A stretch of DNA of 64,000 nt, taken from positions 192,001 to 256,000 of the forward strand of contig CAWBMV010000012.1 of the NCBI GenBank assembly GCA_963789955.1, given 5' to 3'. Both the position numbers and the translations under genes were made by a program. Below are positions 22,102 to 33,829 of the stretch, in pieces. The notes under the pieces were generated by a model that ran no database searches, was not told where the DNA came from, and was given only the letters and a program-made list of their open reading frames with translations. Within the stretch, counting starts at the first letter, position 1. Each line of letters starts with the position of its first letter. Source of the stretch: an uncultured Candidatus Rokubacteria bacterium (GTDB taxonomy: Bacteria; Methylomirabilota; Methylomirabilia; Rokubacteriales; CSP1-6).

Positions 22102-23026
22102 ATGCTGGAATTGCTCGGTCACGTCGACCTTCCGGCGCACGCCAGCGAGGGCGGGTTCGACCACGCGGCCATCCACGGAGCCCGTGGCGTCTACGTGGCC
22201 CACACCGCCAACGACGCGCTCGACGTGATCGACTGCGCCACCCGGAGCTACGCGCGCTCCGTCCCCGGTCTGGCCGGCGTGGCGGGCGCGCTCGTGTCCG
22301 AGGAGCACGACCTGGTGTTCACGTCGAACCGGGGTGAAGACACCGTCGGCATCATCGACCCGGCCCGCGACGAGGTGATCGCGAAGATCGAGGTCGGCCT
22401 CCGACCGAATGGTCTCGCCTACGATCCCGGGCGCCGCCTTCTCCTGGCCGCCAACGTCGGTGATCCCTCGCGGGCGGGGTCGTGCACCGTGTCGATGGTC
22501 GACGTCGCGCGCTGCGCGGTGGTCGCCGACGTGCCCGTCTCCGGCCGGGACGCGCTGGGCGATCTTCGACCCCGACGCGGAGTGCTTCTACGTCAACATC
22601 GCCGATCCGCCGGAGATCGCCGTGGTCGACAGCGCCGACCCGACGCGGCTCGCCGCCTCGTTCCCGATGCGGGCGATGGGCCCTCATGGGCTGGACCTCG
22701 ATCCGGCAACGCGGCGTCTCTTCTGCGCGTGCGACGGCAAGACGCTGCTCGTGGTCGATGCGCAGTCGGGCGCCGTGCAGAGCGAGCATGCGATCAGCGG
22801 CGTGCCGGACGTCGTGTTCCGTAACGACGCCCGCAAGCATCTCTACGTCGCGATCGGTGATCGCGGAGTCATCGACGTCTTCGACACTGAGACGATGCGC
22901 CGCCTTGCAAGTGTTCCGACGGAGCGCGGCGCGCACACGATCGGCTTCGACGCGGCCCGCAACACCGTGTACGCCTTCCTGCCGGACACGCATCGGGCGG
23001 CGATCTACCGAGACCCGCCGGGTTAG
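22102..23026 (+). CDS. YncE/YVTN-family beta-propeller protein (frameshift near 22545)
   Basis: GGFDH, TSNRGEDTV, RPNGLAYDP, GPHGLDLD, GAHTIGFD repeats. Confidence 0.75.
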
Positions 23027-23032
23027 GAGACC

Positions 23033-26000
23033 ATGGCCTGCGTCTGCCCGTCGTGCGGAGCCAGTAACCCTCTCGAGAAGCAAGTTCTGCGGCCAGTGTG
23101 CGGCGCCTCTCGACCAGGCCGCGCGGCGGCGCTTCGCTGCCCCCGAGTCCTACATCCCGAAGCACCTCGCCGAGAAGATCCTGACATCCAGGACCGCGCT
23201 CGAAGGCGAGCGCAAGCAGGTGACGGTCCTGTTCGCGGATCTCAAGGGGTCCATGGAGCTTCTCGCCGACCGCGATCCCGAGGAAGCGCGCGGGATCCTC
23301 GATCCGATTCTCGAACAGATGATGGAAGCGGTGCACTGCTACGAGGGCACCGTCAACCAGGTGATGGGCGACGGAATCATGGCGCTCTTCGGCGCGCCCG
23401 TGGCCCACGAGGATCATGCGGTGCGGGCCTGTTACACGGCGCTGCGAATGCAGGAGTCCGTCAAGCGGTACGGTGAGAACCTGCGCCGTCAGGAAGGCGT
23501 CCTGCCGCAGATTCGAGTCGGTCTGAACTCCGGCGCGTGCCCGCCGGTGCGCTCCATCGGGAGTGACCTGCACATCGACTACACGGCCGTCGGGGAGACG
23601 ACCGATCTGGCCGCTCGCGTCGAGCAGGCCGCGGCGCCGGCGTCGGTGCTGATCACCGCGGCAACGCTCCAGCTGGCAGAGGGCGACGCGGAGGTCACGC
23701 CCCTCGGCCCGGTGAACGTCAAGGGACGGACCAAGCCGGTCGACGTCTACGAGCTGACCGGCGCCGAAACGGCGCGCTCCCGCTTTCAAGTGCTGGCCGG
23801 CCGGCGGTCTCACGAAGTTCGTCGGCCGAGCCGGGCGAGATCGAGCGGCTCGGCACTGTGCTCGAGCAGAGCCGAGCCGGGCACGGTCAGGTCGTCGCCC
23901 TGGTCGGCGAGCCGGGGGTGGGGAAGTCGCGCCTGATCTGGGAAGCGACCCGCTCGGCCTGGTCGGACGGCTGGCTGGTGCTGGAGAGCGGGGGCCGTGG
24001 CCCACCGATACCGTGTCCTCCTACGGGCCGGCTATCGACCTGCTCGAGCGGTACTGTCGGGTCGAGACTCGTGACGATGCCTCAACTGTTCCGGGAGAAG
24101 GTGACCGGGCGGCTGCTCGGGCTGGATCGGGCGCTTCGAGCCGACCCTACCGGCCTTGCTCGCCCTGTTGGATCTGCATCTGTTGACGATGCCGCCTGGG
24201 ACGCCTTGGACCCCGCCACGGCGCCGCGACCGAACGCTGGGCGGCGCTCAAACGGCCTGGTGCTCCGGCAGAGCCAGGAGGCGCCGCTGCTGCTCGTCTT
24301 CGAGGATCTCCACTGGATCGACGGCGAGACCCAGGCCCTGCTGGACTCGCTGGTGGAGAGCCTCCCCGGCGGCTCGCTTGCTGCTGCTCGTCATCGTATC
24401 GTCCCGAGTATACCTCCATCACTGGGGCCCGGAAAACGTACTACGGCCAGCTTCACGTTCGGGGCCCTGCCGAGCGAGCGAGCCGACGAGCTCCTGCGGA
24501 GCTCTCCTCGGCGACAATGTCTCGCCCTGCACGCGCTGCGGCGGCACCTGGTCCGCAAGGGCCGGAAGGGAATCCGCTGTTCCCTCGAAGAGTGTGTCCG
24601 CAGCCTTGCCGATCCCGGCAGCCTGGATCGGCGAGCGCGGCGCCTATCGCTCCAGGCCCGGCCCATCGACGCGATTCGAGGTGCCGGACACCGGTGCAGG
24701 ACGGTCCTGAGCCGCGCGCATCGACCGCCTGGACCTGCGGAGACGAAGCGGCTGCTCCATCTTGCGGCAGTGATCGGCAAGGATGTGCCGTTCGCGTTGC
24801 TCCGGGCCATCGTGGACGTGCCGGACGAGGCGCTGCACGACCTCGCTCTCCCGCATCCTGGCCGCCGAGCTGATCTACGAGGCGCGCCTGCTCCCGGAGC
24901 TGGGTGTACACCGTTCAAGCACGCGCTCACGCACGAGGTGGCGTACGGAAGCTTGCTCCAGGATCGACGGCGCGCCCTCCACGCCCGTATCGTGGAGGCG
25001 ATGGAGCGACTCTATGCGGATCGGCTGTCCCAGCATGTCGAGCGGCTCGCATACCACGCCCTCAAGGGAGAAGTGTGGGACAGAGCGGTCACGTACCTCC
25101 GCGAGGTCGGCATGCGAGCGGCGATGCGCTCGGCGTACGGCGAGTGGCTGACCTCGTTCGACGAGGCGTTTCGGGCCCTCGGACACTTGCCCGACAGTCT
25201 CGACGCCAAGGCCCTGGCCATCGATCTCCGGCTCGACTCGCGGGTGGTCCTCGCTCCTCTAGGCCAGTACGACCGCATCCTGAGTTACATGCGTGAAGCC
25301 GAAGTCCTGGCGCGAGCGCTTGGCGATCGGCGCCGGCTTGGGCTCGTCCTCTCCGACATGGGCGCGCGTCTGCGCAACGTCGGCGACCATCGACGCGCCC
25401 TCGAGGCGAGCCGGCAGGCACTCGACATCGCGGGCGAGCTCGGAGATCAGGGTCTCCAGATCGAAGCGAAGTATCGGCTGGCTCAGGCGCACTTTGCCGG
25501 CGGCGACCTCCGGCAGGCGACGTCTCTCTTCCTCGAGACCATCCAGGCTTTCGCGGACCAGCGCGGAGCGCTCGAGCTCCACGCGCGAGATTCCGCGCCC
25601 TACCCGGGCGCGCTACCGAGCTTTTTCGAAAGCGTGGCCGCACGCGTGGCTCGCGTACCTGTTTTCCTATGGATGGTTCGGCGCGCGCTCTACATGCGGA
25701 ACAGGCCATGCAGTATCGCCGAGCGGGCGAACTATTTGCAGACCGTGATCGAGTCATACGGCGCACTGGAGGCGTGAAGCTGGACCAGGTGACCTGGACA
25801 CCGTGCAGCGCGTCGAGCGCGGGTCGTCCTTCTGCGCACGGGAAGTGACGGTGACGCGATCCGCTGTCGCAGGGCTATGTGCAGACCTCGCGGCGTCGAC
25901 CGAAAGTCTGCCACTCCTCGAGCAGGCGGATCGAAGCGAAGTGTCGATCAGCGCGATGGGCCTGGGCCTTGCCGTGCGCATGAGCCGTCTGGCCGAAGCG

Positions 26001-26368
26001 TATTTTCGGTTCGGCCGTGCCAGGAGGCTCTGCACGCGCTCGAAGCGCGGTGGAGCTGTCGAGGAAGCATCAGGAACGGCAGCCAATGAGGCTCTGGCGC
26101 TCCGAGTCCTCGCCGAGATCACGGCTCTTCCGGCGATTCGACCGACGCGCTCGGCGCTGAAAGCACTACGCGGCAGTCTAGCGCTGGCTGAGGAGCTCGG
26201 TATGCGCCCGCTCGTGGCGCATTGCCATCTGAGCCTGGCAAGCTCTACCGTCGCATCGGCCAACGGGCGAAGGCGGAGGACACCTGCAGACTCGCGCTGG
26301 TGATGTACCGCGAGATGGACATGGCGTTCTGGCGGGAACAGGTGGAGGCGAAGGTGCAGCGCCTGTGA
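23033..26368 (+). CDS. Class III adenylate/guanylate cyclase with zinc ribbon, AAA ATPase and TPR domains (many frameshifts)
   Basis: CPSCG..FCGQCA, GERKQVTVLFADLKGS, MGDGIMALFGAP, GEPGVGKSRL, LVFEDLHWID, FKHALTHEVAY, GMRPLVAHCHL. Confidence 0.85.
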
Positions 26369-26374
26369 GACTGT

Positions 26375-27173
26375 TCACTTCGAGAGACTGCGGGCCGTAT
26401 CGCGGCGCCCGGTCCTGCGCGCCGAGATAGCTGCCGACCAGGATCAGCACGGCCACCATGTCGACGGCGCCGCCGACGCCCCACATGACCAGGCCGCCGA
26501 GCGACTGGTCCTCCGCGCTCGGATAGGCGCGGTACCACGCCTCGCGGCTCATCGTGAGGAGCAGGCCGAGGAGCGAGCCCTGCAGGGCCGCGAGCACGAG
26601 ATAGCCCACGCGGATCGCCGTAGCCCGCCGGCGGCCGCAGCCGCGGCGCCGGCTGGATGATCGGCCACCAGAACAGCACGGCCGTGCCGAAGAAGACCAG
26701 GTGCTCCACGTCGTGGACGACGCGATCAGCTACGGCCGCGTCGTATGCGCGCGGCAGATGCCAGAGCCAGACCGCGGCCACGTGCGCGAGCCACGCGACC
26801 GAGACGGCGGTGAGCCCGCGCCACAGCGCGCGCAGCGGCGTCCCCACGCGGAGCAGGTGCCCGGCGCGCAGGCGAACCGGCGCCGGTAGCGCCCAGCAAA
26901 GCGCCGCGAAAGGGTCAGCCAGGAGCAGGAGGGGCACGGCGCCGGCGATCAGCAGGAGATGCTGGCACCATGTGAGCCGCAAAGCTCCGCGTGCGCCAGC
27001 CGGTCGAGCGGCGCCGAGAGCGCGACGAGCACGCCGAGCAATCCGCCCGCTGACGCGGCGACGCGCCACTCCGAGACCATGCCGCCGCGCCGCCGCAGCC
27101 GCCACCAGCCGACGGCGGAGGCGCCCGCCACGATCAGAACGATCGCGGCGACTTCGGGGCGAACGATCGTCAT
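26375..27173 (-). CDS. Cytochrome c oxidase assembly factor CtaG (Caa3_CtaG family), frameshifted; end approximate
   Basis: LSAPLDRLAH, QHLLL..VPLLLL, WLWHLPRAYD, HDVEH, FWWPI, DQSLGGLVMW. Confidence 0.8.
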
Positions 27174-27178
27174 CAGCG

Positions 27179-27283
27179 CTACGTGATCCCCAGGAGACTC
27201 GCGAAGGCGTTGAACAGGAGTCCGAGGATCAGCGTGAAGAGATTCAGCAGCGCCAGCGGGATCAGGACGTGCTCGGCCCTCAT
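27179..27283 (-). CDS. 34-aa single-helix membrane protein (not in the ORF track)
   Basis: MRAEHVLIPLALLNLFTLILGLLFNAFASLLGIT* with AGGAG upstream; fills the operon gap. Confidence 0.55.
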   Translation of the reverse strand: MRAEHVLIPLALLNLFTLILGLLFNAFASLLGIT

Positions 27284-27292
27284 GTCCTGCTC

Positions 27293-27488
27293 CTAGCGGC
27301 TCGACGCCCAGGCCGGGTCCGAGCCCGCCCCAGAACTTGACGAGATAGTAGACGCCCCACACGGCGAGGATCGCGTAGACGACCAGGAGCCACTTGTTGA
27401 CGATGCCGCGATAGACGCGGATCTCGCCCTGCGCGTAGGGCTCGACCTCACCGAACTTCGGGTGATGCTCAGGCGTCCGTTCGCTCAT
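27293..27488 (-). CDS. Small membrane protein resembling the CcoP N-terminal (FixP_N) segment; stop probably shifted by an indel
   Basis: GEIRVYRGIVNKWLLVVYAILAVWGVYY resembles the GIxEYDNPLPxWW-TM pattern; ATGA overlap with the upstream gene. Confidence 0.55.
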
Positions 27489-27637
27489 CCAATCCCCTCC
27501 ACGTGGAGCACCTGATGCTTGATCCTCTCGACGCCGCGAAACGCGCCGCTCGCGGCGCCCCAGACGAAGGCGCACACGGCCGCGAGACTCATCAGCAGCG
27601 CGACCGCGAACGCGCCGAGCGTCAGGTGCTCGATCAT
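27485..27637 (-). CDS. ccoS: cbb3-type oxidase maturation protein CcoS/FixS-like (50 aa, not in the ORF track)
   Basis: MIEHLTLGAFAVALLMSLAAVCAFVWGAASGAFRGVE resembles FxWAxxSGQFxD; ATGA overlaps on both sides. Confidence 0.65.
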   Translation of the reverse strand: MIEHLTLGAFAVALLMSLAAVCAFVWGAASGAFRGVERIKHQVLHVEGIG

Positions 27638-29281
27638 TCGCGAATTCCAGGATACCGGGTCCGCGACTCGGCTGCTCCGTCGCGACGGGCTCGGCCGCGC
27701 GGGATCGAGGGCCAGGCGCGGATGGTCGGCGGCGACGTCCGGCGAGTCGAGCGCGCGCGCGCGGGGCCGGCAGGTCGAGCTTCTCGCCCGTCAACGGATC
27801 CGCCCAGGCCGAGAGCGAGAGCACGTAGTACGAGATCGCCCAGCGCTCTCGTCGCTCATCGAGTCGGCGAACGAGGGCATCGGCGAGCCGTCGAGCCCGA
27901 GGGTCATGGTGCGGAAGACGTCGCGGACGGCGGGCCCGCTCTTGAACTGGCCGCGCGTGAAATCGGTCGGGCGGATCGGGAACTCAGGTCGTCGCGTCAG
28001 CTGCGCCGCCGACGGGCCGTCACCCTTGCCGTCCTCGCCGTGACACTGGAAGCAGTTGGCCGCGCGGTAGAGATCCTTGCCGCGCGCGACGAGCTCGGTC
28101 GTGGCCGTGGGCGGGTCGTTGATCGCGGTCGCCGGCTCGGCGTGTTCGTCCTTCCAGCGGCCCGAGAAGGTCTTGATGAACGCGACGACGGCAAGGCGCT
28201 CCTTGTCCGGCAGCTCATGCCACGTGGGCATCGCGGTCCAGCGGACGCCGCGCGTGACCGTGCGGTACAGGTCTCCATCGGTCGGCAGCGAGCCCGAGGG
28301 CGTCGTGCGGAACTTGAAGACGCCGGGGGCGAAGTTGCGAGGACGGGGAGAGAGGAAGGTCGCGGCCAGGCCGTTGCCGTCGCCACTCTTGCCGTGACAG
28401 CCGACGCACCGGGAGTGGTAGACCTCGCGGCCGAGCGCCAGGAGATCCGGGCTGCTCGGAATGCTCATGACTGAGACGCCGACCATCTGCGGCTCGAACA
28501 CCTCGCGCCAGGCGCCGCGGTTGGTGCCGAGCTTCTGGAGGTAGCGGACCAACCCGACCAGCTCGTGCGTGGGAAAGACGAGGGTGATCGACACGAGCGC
28601 GGGGGCCGATCGCCAAAGCCCTTGAGGTCGATGACGGGCGTGCCGTCGAGCGGCCATCGAGCCGTTCGGCCGGGGGCGCCACGAACGTGATCCCGTCGGC
28701 GTTGGGGTAGAGACGGAATCGACGTTTCGGCCTTCATCGTGAAGTACGCCCGCAGCTCCGGAGATGGCGCGAGCGTCGGCGCCGCGTCGGCATTGTCGCA
28801 GGGGCACGCGCAGCCGCGTGTAGAGCCACTTGAAGCTCGGCATGATCGAGTCCGGCACGACCAGGCGCGGATCCCAGTGATGCGCGTAGTGCCAGTCGTC
28901 GCCGTACTTGAGCCCGACACGCGTCAGGTCGGGGCCGATCCGTCGCGTGGAGAAAAGGTGCGGAAGGTCGAACGCGTACTCGCCGGCCTCGGAGACCGGC
29001 CCCCAGCGCAGGTCTTCGCCGGCCACGGGCCGCACGTACTGGCTGTGGCAGTACCAGCAGCCCTCGCGGATGTAGACGCTGCGACCGACGCGCTCGAGCG
29101 CCGTGTAGTCCGAGGCGTCGTAGCGCACCCACTTCACGTCGCCCGCGTCCGTCCGCACCGCGCGGCTCACCTGCGTGGAACGCGATTCCGGGATCATCGC
29201 CGGCAGAAAGCCCTGGACGAACATCGCCAGCGTCACGAAGAAGAAGCCGGCGCCGACCGCGAGCGAGCCGATCGATCTCAT
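27634..29281 (-). CDS. ccoO: cbb3-type oxidase subunit II (CcoO) fused to two extra cytochrome c domains
   Basis: YIREGCWYCHSQYVRP, RRIGPDL, PDSIMPSF; additional CVGCH and CFQCH; C-terminus ..RYPGIRE* after frameshifts. Confidence 0.85.
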
Positions 29282-30683
29282 GGCGGCCCGGCGACGTCAT
29301 GCCGGCCGCCGGCGAGCGACGTCTTCATGAGGGTGTAGACCAGCAGCGACACGCCGACGTCCATGGCGATGCCGGTCAGGCTCCGTACCCACCAGTAGGG
29401 CCGGATCGCGTTGATCGAGTGCACCCATTCGGTACCGGCCATCAGCATGAAGCCCTGCTGCAGCCCCTGCGCGGCCAGCACGAGCACCATCGCCGCGATG
29501 CCCAGGGTGACGAGCCAGAATCCCCAGTTGGCGGCGCGGAAGCTCCACAGCGGAGCGTCGCCGGCGAGCCGCGGCCAGACGTACATGGTGCCGGCGATCG
29601 CCCACACGACGAACGTGCCGAAGATCGTGAGATGCGAGTGCGAGATGACGAAGTCGGTGAAGTGCGTGGGCTGCTGGACCGAGCGGAGCGCCTCCAGCGA
29701 GCCCTGGAAGCAGCCGACCAGGTACATGAGCGAGCCGACGATCAGGAACTTCGCCGGCAGGTTCGCCCGAGAACTCCGGCCACCGGCCGATCATCGTGCC
29801 GAAGAAGTTCTGGAGCACGGTCCACACGGGGATGATCAGCATCATCGACGAGACGATCGCGATCGTCTCCGCCCAGTCGGCGATCGGCGAGTAGAGATAG
29901 TGGTGGATGCCGACGAACGGATAGAAGAACGCGAGCGACCAGAAGCCGATCAGCGAGAGCCGGTGGCTGTAGATCGGGTTCTTCACGCTGGCCGGCAGGA
30001 AGTAGTAGATCAGGACGTAGCCGGCGGGCGTGATCCAGAGGCCGACGACGTAGTGGATGAAGAGCCCGTGCCACGCCGCGTTGTTGATGCCGGGGATGTG
30101 AGAGGGGCCGAGCATGAGCAGCACCAGGTTCACGTCGGTCCACACGAACGCGGCGATCAGGTACCAGAGCGAGACGTAGAGCGGCCGGTCCCGGCGCTGC
30201 TTGATCGTCATCAGGAACTGCAGGGTGAGGAACGAGCAGCGCCACGAACGTCACGACCACGTTGATCAGCGGGAACTCTCCGGCCTCCCAGCCCCGGTTC
30301 CAGCCGAGGGCCAGCAGCACCACGATCGCCGCCTGGTTCAGGTTCCAGATCCACAAGCAGACCGCTGGCTCCAGCGCTCGCCCCAGATGCGCACGCCGGT
30401 AGAGGCGGGGCACGATGTAGTAGCAGAGCCCGATGAAGAGCGTGGAGAAGGCGCCCCAGATGACCCCGTTCACGTGCATCGGGCGCAGCCGGCCGAACGT
30501 GAGCCACGCGGTGTCGCCGAGGAACTCCGGATAGTTGAACTTGGTCGAGATGAACGCGCCGATCGTGGGAAAGAAGAGCAGCCAGCCGAGCCCCCAGGCC
30601 AGCCACGCGCGGATCAGAGCGGTGTCGATCAGCTCGTCGTTTCGCGACACGGCTTCGCGCTGCGCGGCTTCGGTGGCAGTCAT
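29278..30683 (-). CDS. ccoN: cbb3-type (C-family) heme-copper oxidase subunit I (frameshifted)
   Basis: FGRLRPMHVN, IHYVVG, IYYFLP, YSHRLS, YPFVGIHHY, HFTDFVISHSH. Confidence 0.88.
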
Positions 30684-30773
30684 GCAGGTCTCCGGGGAGG
30701 ATAGCGCGGTCGCCCGCTTATCGGGCCCTCAGAGTAGCGTGTTCGGCTAGAATCCGGGTCAAGGAGAGGCATC

Positions 30774-31752
30774 ATGGCGGTCCAGACGACGCGGTCGGTC
30801 GAGGAGCTCGAGGCGTATTGCGCGCGGCTGAGGGCGGCGGGGCTCGACGCGCCGTGGTCCAGGCCGGGGCCGCTCATTCCGCCGAAGCCCACCGCGACGC
30901 AAGCGCGCCACTGGCGCTGGCGCGACATCGAGCCGCTGCTGTTCGAGAGCAGCGAATACCTGAGCCCGCATCGCGGAGCCGAGCGCCGGGTTCTGCGTCT
31001 GCACAACCCGGGAGTGCCGGAGCGGACCGTCGCCCACAGTCTCGTGCTGGCGGTTCAGTACCTGCTGCCCGGCGAGGTCGCGCCGGCCCATCGACACTCG
31101 CCGACCGCGATCCGGTTCATGCTCCATGGTGAAGGAGCCTTCACGACCGTCGACGGTCAGAAGTGCGCCATGAAGCCCGGCGACCTGGTGGTGACCCCCG
31201 GGATGGCGTGGCACGACCACGGCAACGAGGGCGGCAAGCCCATCTACTGGATGGACATCCTCGATTGGCAGATCGTGCGCTTTCTCGAGAACCTGACCTT
31301 CGAGCCGTATCCGGACGAGCAGCAGCCGGCGCTCCGCAGCCCCGGGCGTGACATCTACTTCCCGTGGACCGAGGCCTACGCGGCGCTCCTGAAGCGCGCC
31401 GAGCAAGCGCCCGATCCGTTCGACGACGTCCTGCTCGAGTACGCCGATCCGGCGAGCGGAGGCTCGCTCCGCCCGACCGGTCGGGTGCTACTTGCAGATG
31501 CTGCGCCCGGGCGTGCGGACCAGGGCACACCGCGAGACGAGCACCGCCGTCTATCGCGTGGTGCAGGGGCGGGGGACCACCACCGTCGACGATCAGATCT
31601 TCGAGTGGGAGCCGGGCGACTTCTTCGTGATCCCGCCGCGGGCTCGTCACGCGCACGCGAACCTGGGTACCGAGCCGGTCGTCCTGTTCAGCGCGCAGGA
31701 TGTTCCGCTGCTCAAGCTCCTGCGTCTCTACCGGATGGAGCCAGCCGACTGA
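30774..31752 (+). CDS. Gentisate 1,2-dioxygenase-like bicupin (frameshift near 31480)
   Basis: AERRVLRLHNPG, PAHRHSP, WHDHGN; second cupin with HRETS and HAHAN. Confidence 0.8.
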
Positions 31753-31785
31753 CTCGATAGCAACGTCGCGAGGAGGGACTCTCTT

Positions 31786-33013
31786 ATGGCACGCTCCGGC
31801 TACCGGATCTTCGACGCCGACACGCACATCATCGAAGCCGCCGAACCGATCGAGGCGTACCTCTCGGCCGCCGACAAGGCCCGCCTTGCGGCGCTCGGCC
31901 CTCTCGTCGGGCGCGCGCCTGCCAAAGGCGGCATGTCACGCTACCGCGTCGGCAAGCGGCCCGACCTGAATCGGATGCTCGGCTCTCGCGATCGGGTGCC
32001 GCCGGCCGAGTCGGTCTCGCGCGGCCTCAAGGACGGCGGCACGCCGTGGGACGTGCGCTGGCAGGGGCCGCCGTTTCCCGACGATCGAGTCAGCTTCGAC
32101 TCGCACGCGCGCATCAAGGACATGGACATCGAGGGCGTCGACGTGAACATGGTCCTGCCCTCGGGCGGTATCGCCTCGTTTTCGCGGTCTCGACGACGTC
32201 GCGGTCGAGACGTCGATGTACCAGGCGTATCACCGCTTCCTCAAGGACTACTGCGCGCCGTACCCCGATCGGCTCACGAGCGTGCTCCACGTCTCGGTTC
32301 GCGACGTCCCCGGCTCGGTTGCCGAGATCCGGCGCTGCGGGAAGGAGCGGTGGCCGGTCGGCATCTTCCCGATCTGCCCGCCGGGCATGACGCTCGACGA
32401 TCCCGACTGGGAGCCGATCTGGGCGGCGGCGCAGGAGCACGACCTGACCGTGGTGATCCACTCGTTCACGATGTCGATCCCGTATCCGCCGGGCATGTGG
32501 GACAACTGGGACAACATGTTCCTGGTGCGCTCCGCCAGCCACGTGTGGAACGCCCAGCGCAACATGGCGGCGATCATCGGCTCGGGCGTGCTCGATCGCT
32601 TTCCGAACCTGCGTCTGACCTCGCTCGAGTGCGGCCACGGGTGGCTCGCCTTCTGGGCCTCGCGGCTCGACGAGCAGGCCGAGATGAGCCAGCACGCGCT
32701 GCCGCGGCTGAAGCGCAAGCCGAGCGAGTACATCCGCGGGCCGCAATACTTCCAGAGCATCCAGCTCCACGAGGGCGAGCTGTCCTTGCGTCAGGCCATC
32801 GAGGCGATCGGCGAGAACACCCTGATGTTCGCGACGGACTATCCGCACTCGGAGAGCTGGTTCCCGAAGTCGGTCGACGCGGTCCTGAAGTGGACGTCGG
32901 TCGGCGAGGGCGCTCGGCGCAAGCTGCTCTGGGAGAACGCGGTGCGGTGCTATCGGCGCTACAGCGGTTACACGTCGGCGGTGGTGGAGGCCGCGCCGGC
33001 CGCGGCGCGGTAA
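31786..33013 (+). CDS. Amidohydrolase family 2 protein (frameshift near 32185)
   Basis: FDADTHIIE, DMDIEGVD, LECGHGW, FATDYPH. Confidence 0.85.
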
Positions 33014-33019
33014 CCGGGG

Positions 33020-33829
33020 CTACTTGGAGACGATCCACCCGGCGATCTGAGCGACCACCTCGCGCTCGATCCCGTTGTAGCCGTGATAGGCGAAGGCCTC
33101 GCACGGGTCGCCGCGGCTCTGCCCGTCCTTGAACGTGATCAGCGCCTTCTTCGGGACCGCGTCGAGCTTGTGCATCAGGGGCGGCATATCGCGGAAGAGG
33201 CACAGGCTGCAGCCGTCCTGCTCGTGATGGACGACGAGCACGGGGATCCGCAGCTTGTCGAGATCCATCGCGGGCACGGCGCGGCCGCGGTTGTCGGTGA
33301 GAATCGTCGACGTGAGCACGATCCCATCCGGTCCGTCTCGCCCGGTCAGCTGGGTCGCGAGAAACCCCACGGATTGCGTGCCGCGACTCGTCCCGATCAG
33401 CCACACCGGCACCTGAACGTGCTCGCGCAGCCAGGCGATGACGACCTTGATGTCGGCGGCGTGCTCGCGGGTCTGGCGGAAGCCGGACAGGAACGGGATG
33501 CCCTGCCGGTCCGACGGCGCGTCGACGATCGCGACCGCGAGCTCCCGGTCGACGAAGAGCTGGCGCGAGCGAACCAGGAAATTCCCCGCTCCCCACTGCA
33601 ATCGCCCGTCGGAGGAGATCTGGAGGCCGCCGTGGCCGCCCGCGAACAGGACGACGGCGGCCTTGGGCTGCGGCGGAGCCACGAACAGGAATCGCTGAAT
33701 CACGCCGGGGCGAGTCGGCACGTCGACGACGCGCTGAGCGACATCGCTCGAGCTGGGCGACGCCGACACGCCGATCAGCAGGACCGCCGCCAGCGCGGCG
33801 CGAAGCGGAGCGGAAATCTTAAAGCCCAA
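33020..33829 (-). CDS. Secreted alpha/beta hydrolase
   Basis: LFAGGHG, GTSRG nucleophile elbow, HHEQDGC, YHGY; signal peptide. Confidence 0.8.
   Translation of the reverse strand: MGFKISAPLRAALAAVLLIGVSASPSSSDVAQRVVDVPTRPGVIQRFLFVAPPQPKAAVVLFAGGHGGLQISSDGRLQWGAGNFLVRSRQLFVDRELAVAIVDAPSDRQGIPFLSGFRQTREHAADIKVVIAWLREHVQVPVWLIGTSRGTQSVGFLATQLTGRDGPDGIVLTSTILTDNRGRAVPAMDLDKLRIPVLVVHHEQDGCSLCLFRDMPPLMHKLDAVPKKALITFKDGQSRGDPCEAFAYHGYNGIEREVVAQIAGWIVSK

Noticed and set aside
23033..26368. STAND/Avs-type anti-phage system
   Set aside because: The architecture matches the common cyclase-AAA-TPR signalling family, with no nuclease or other defence effector or defence neighbours.
11150..32250. Programmed frameshifting or mass pseudogenisation
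   Set aside because: Indels are scattered with no recurring slippery motif seen, and active-site motifs are intact, so sequencing error is the simpler explanation.
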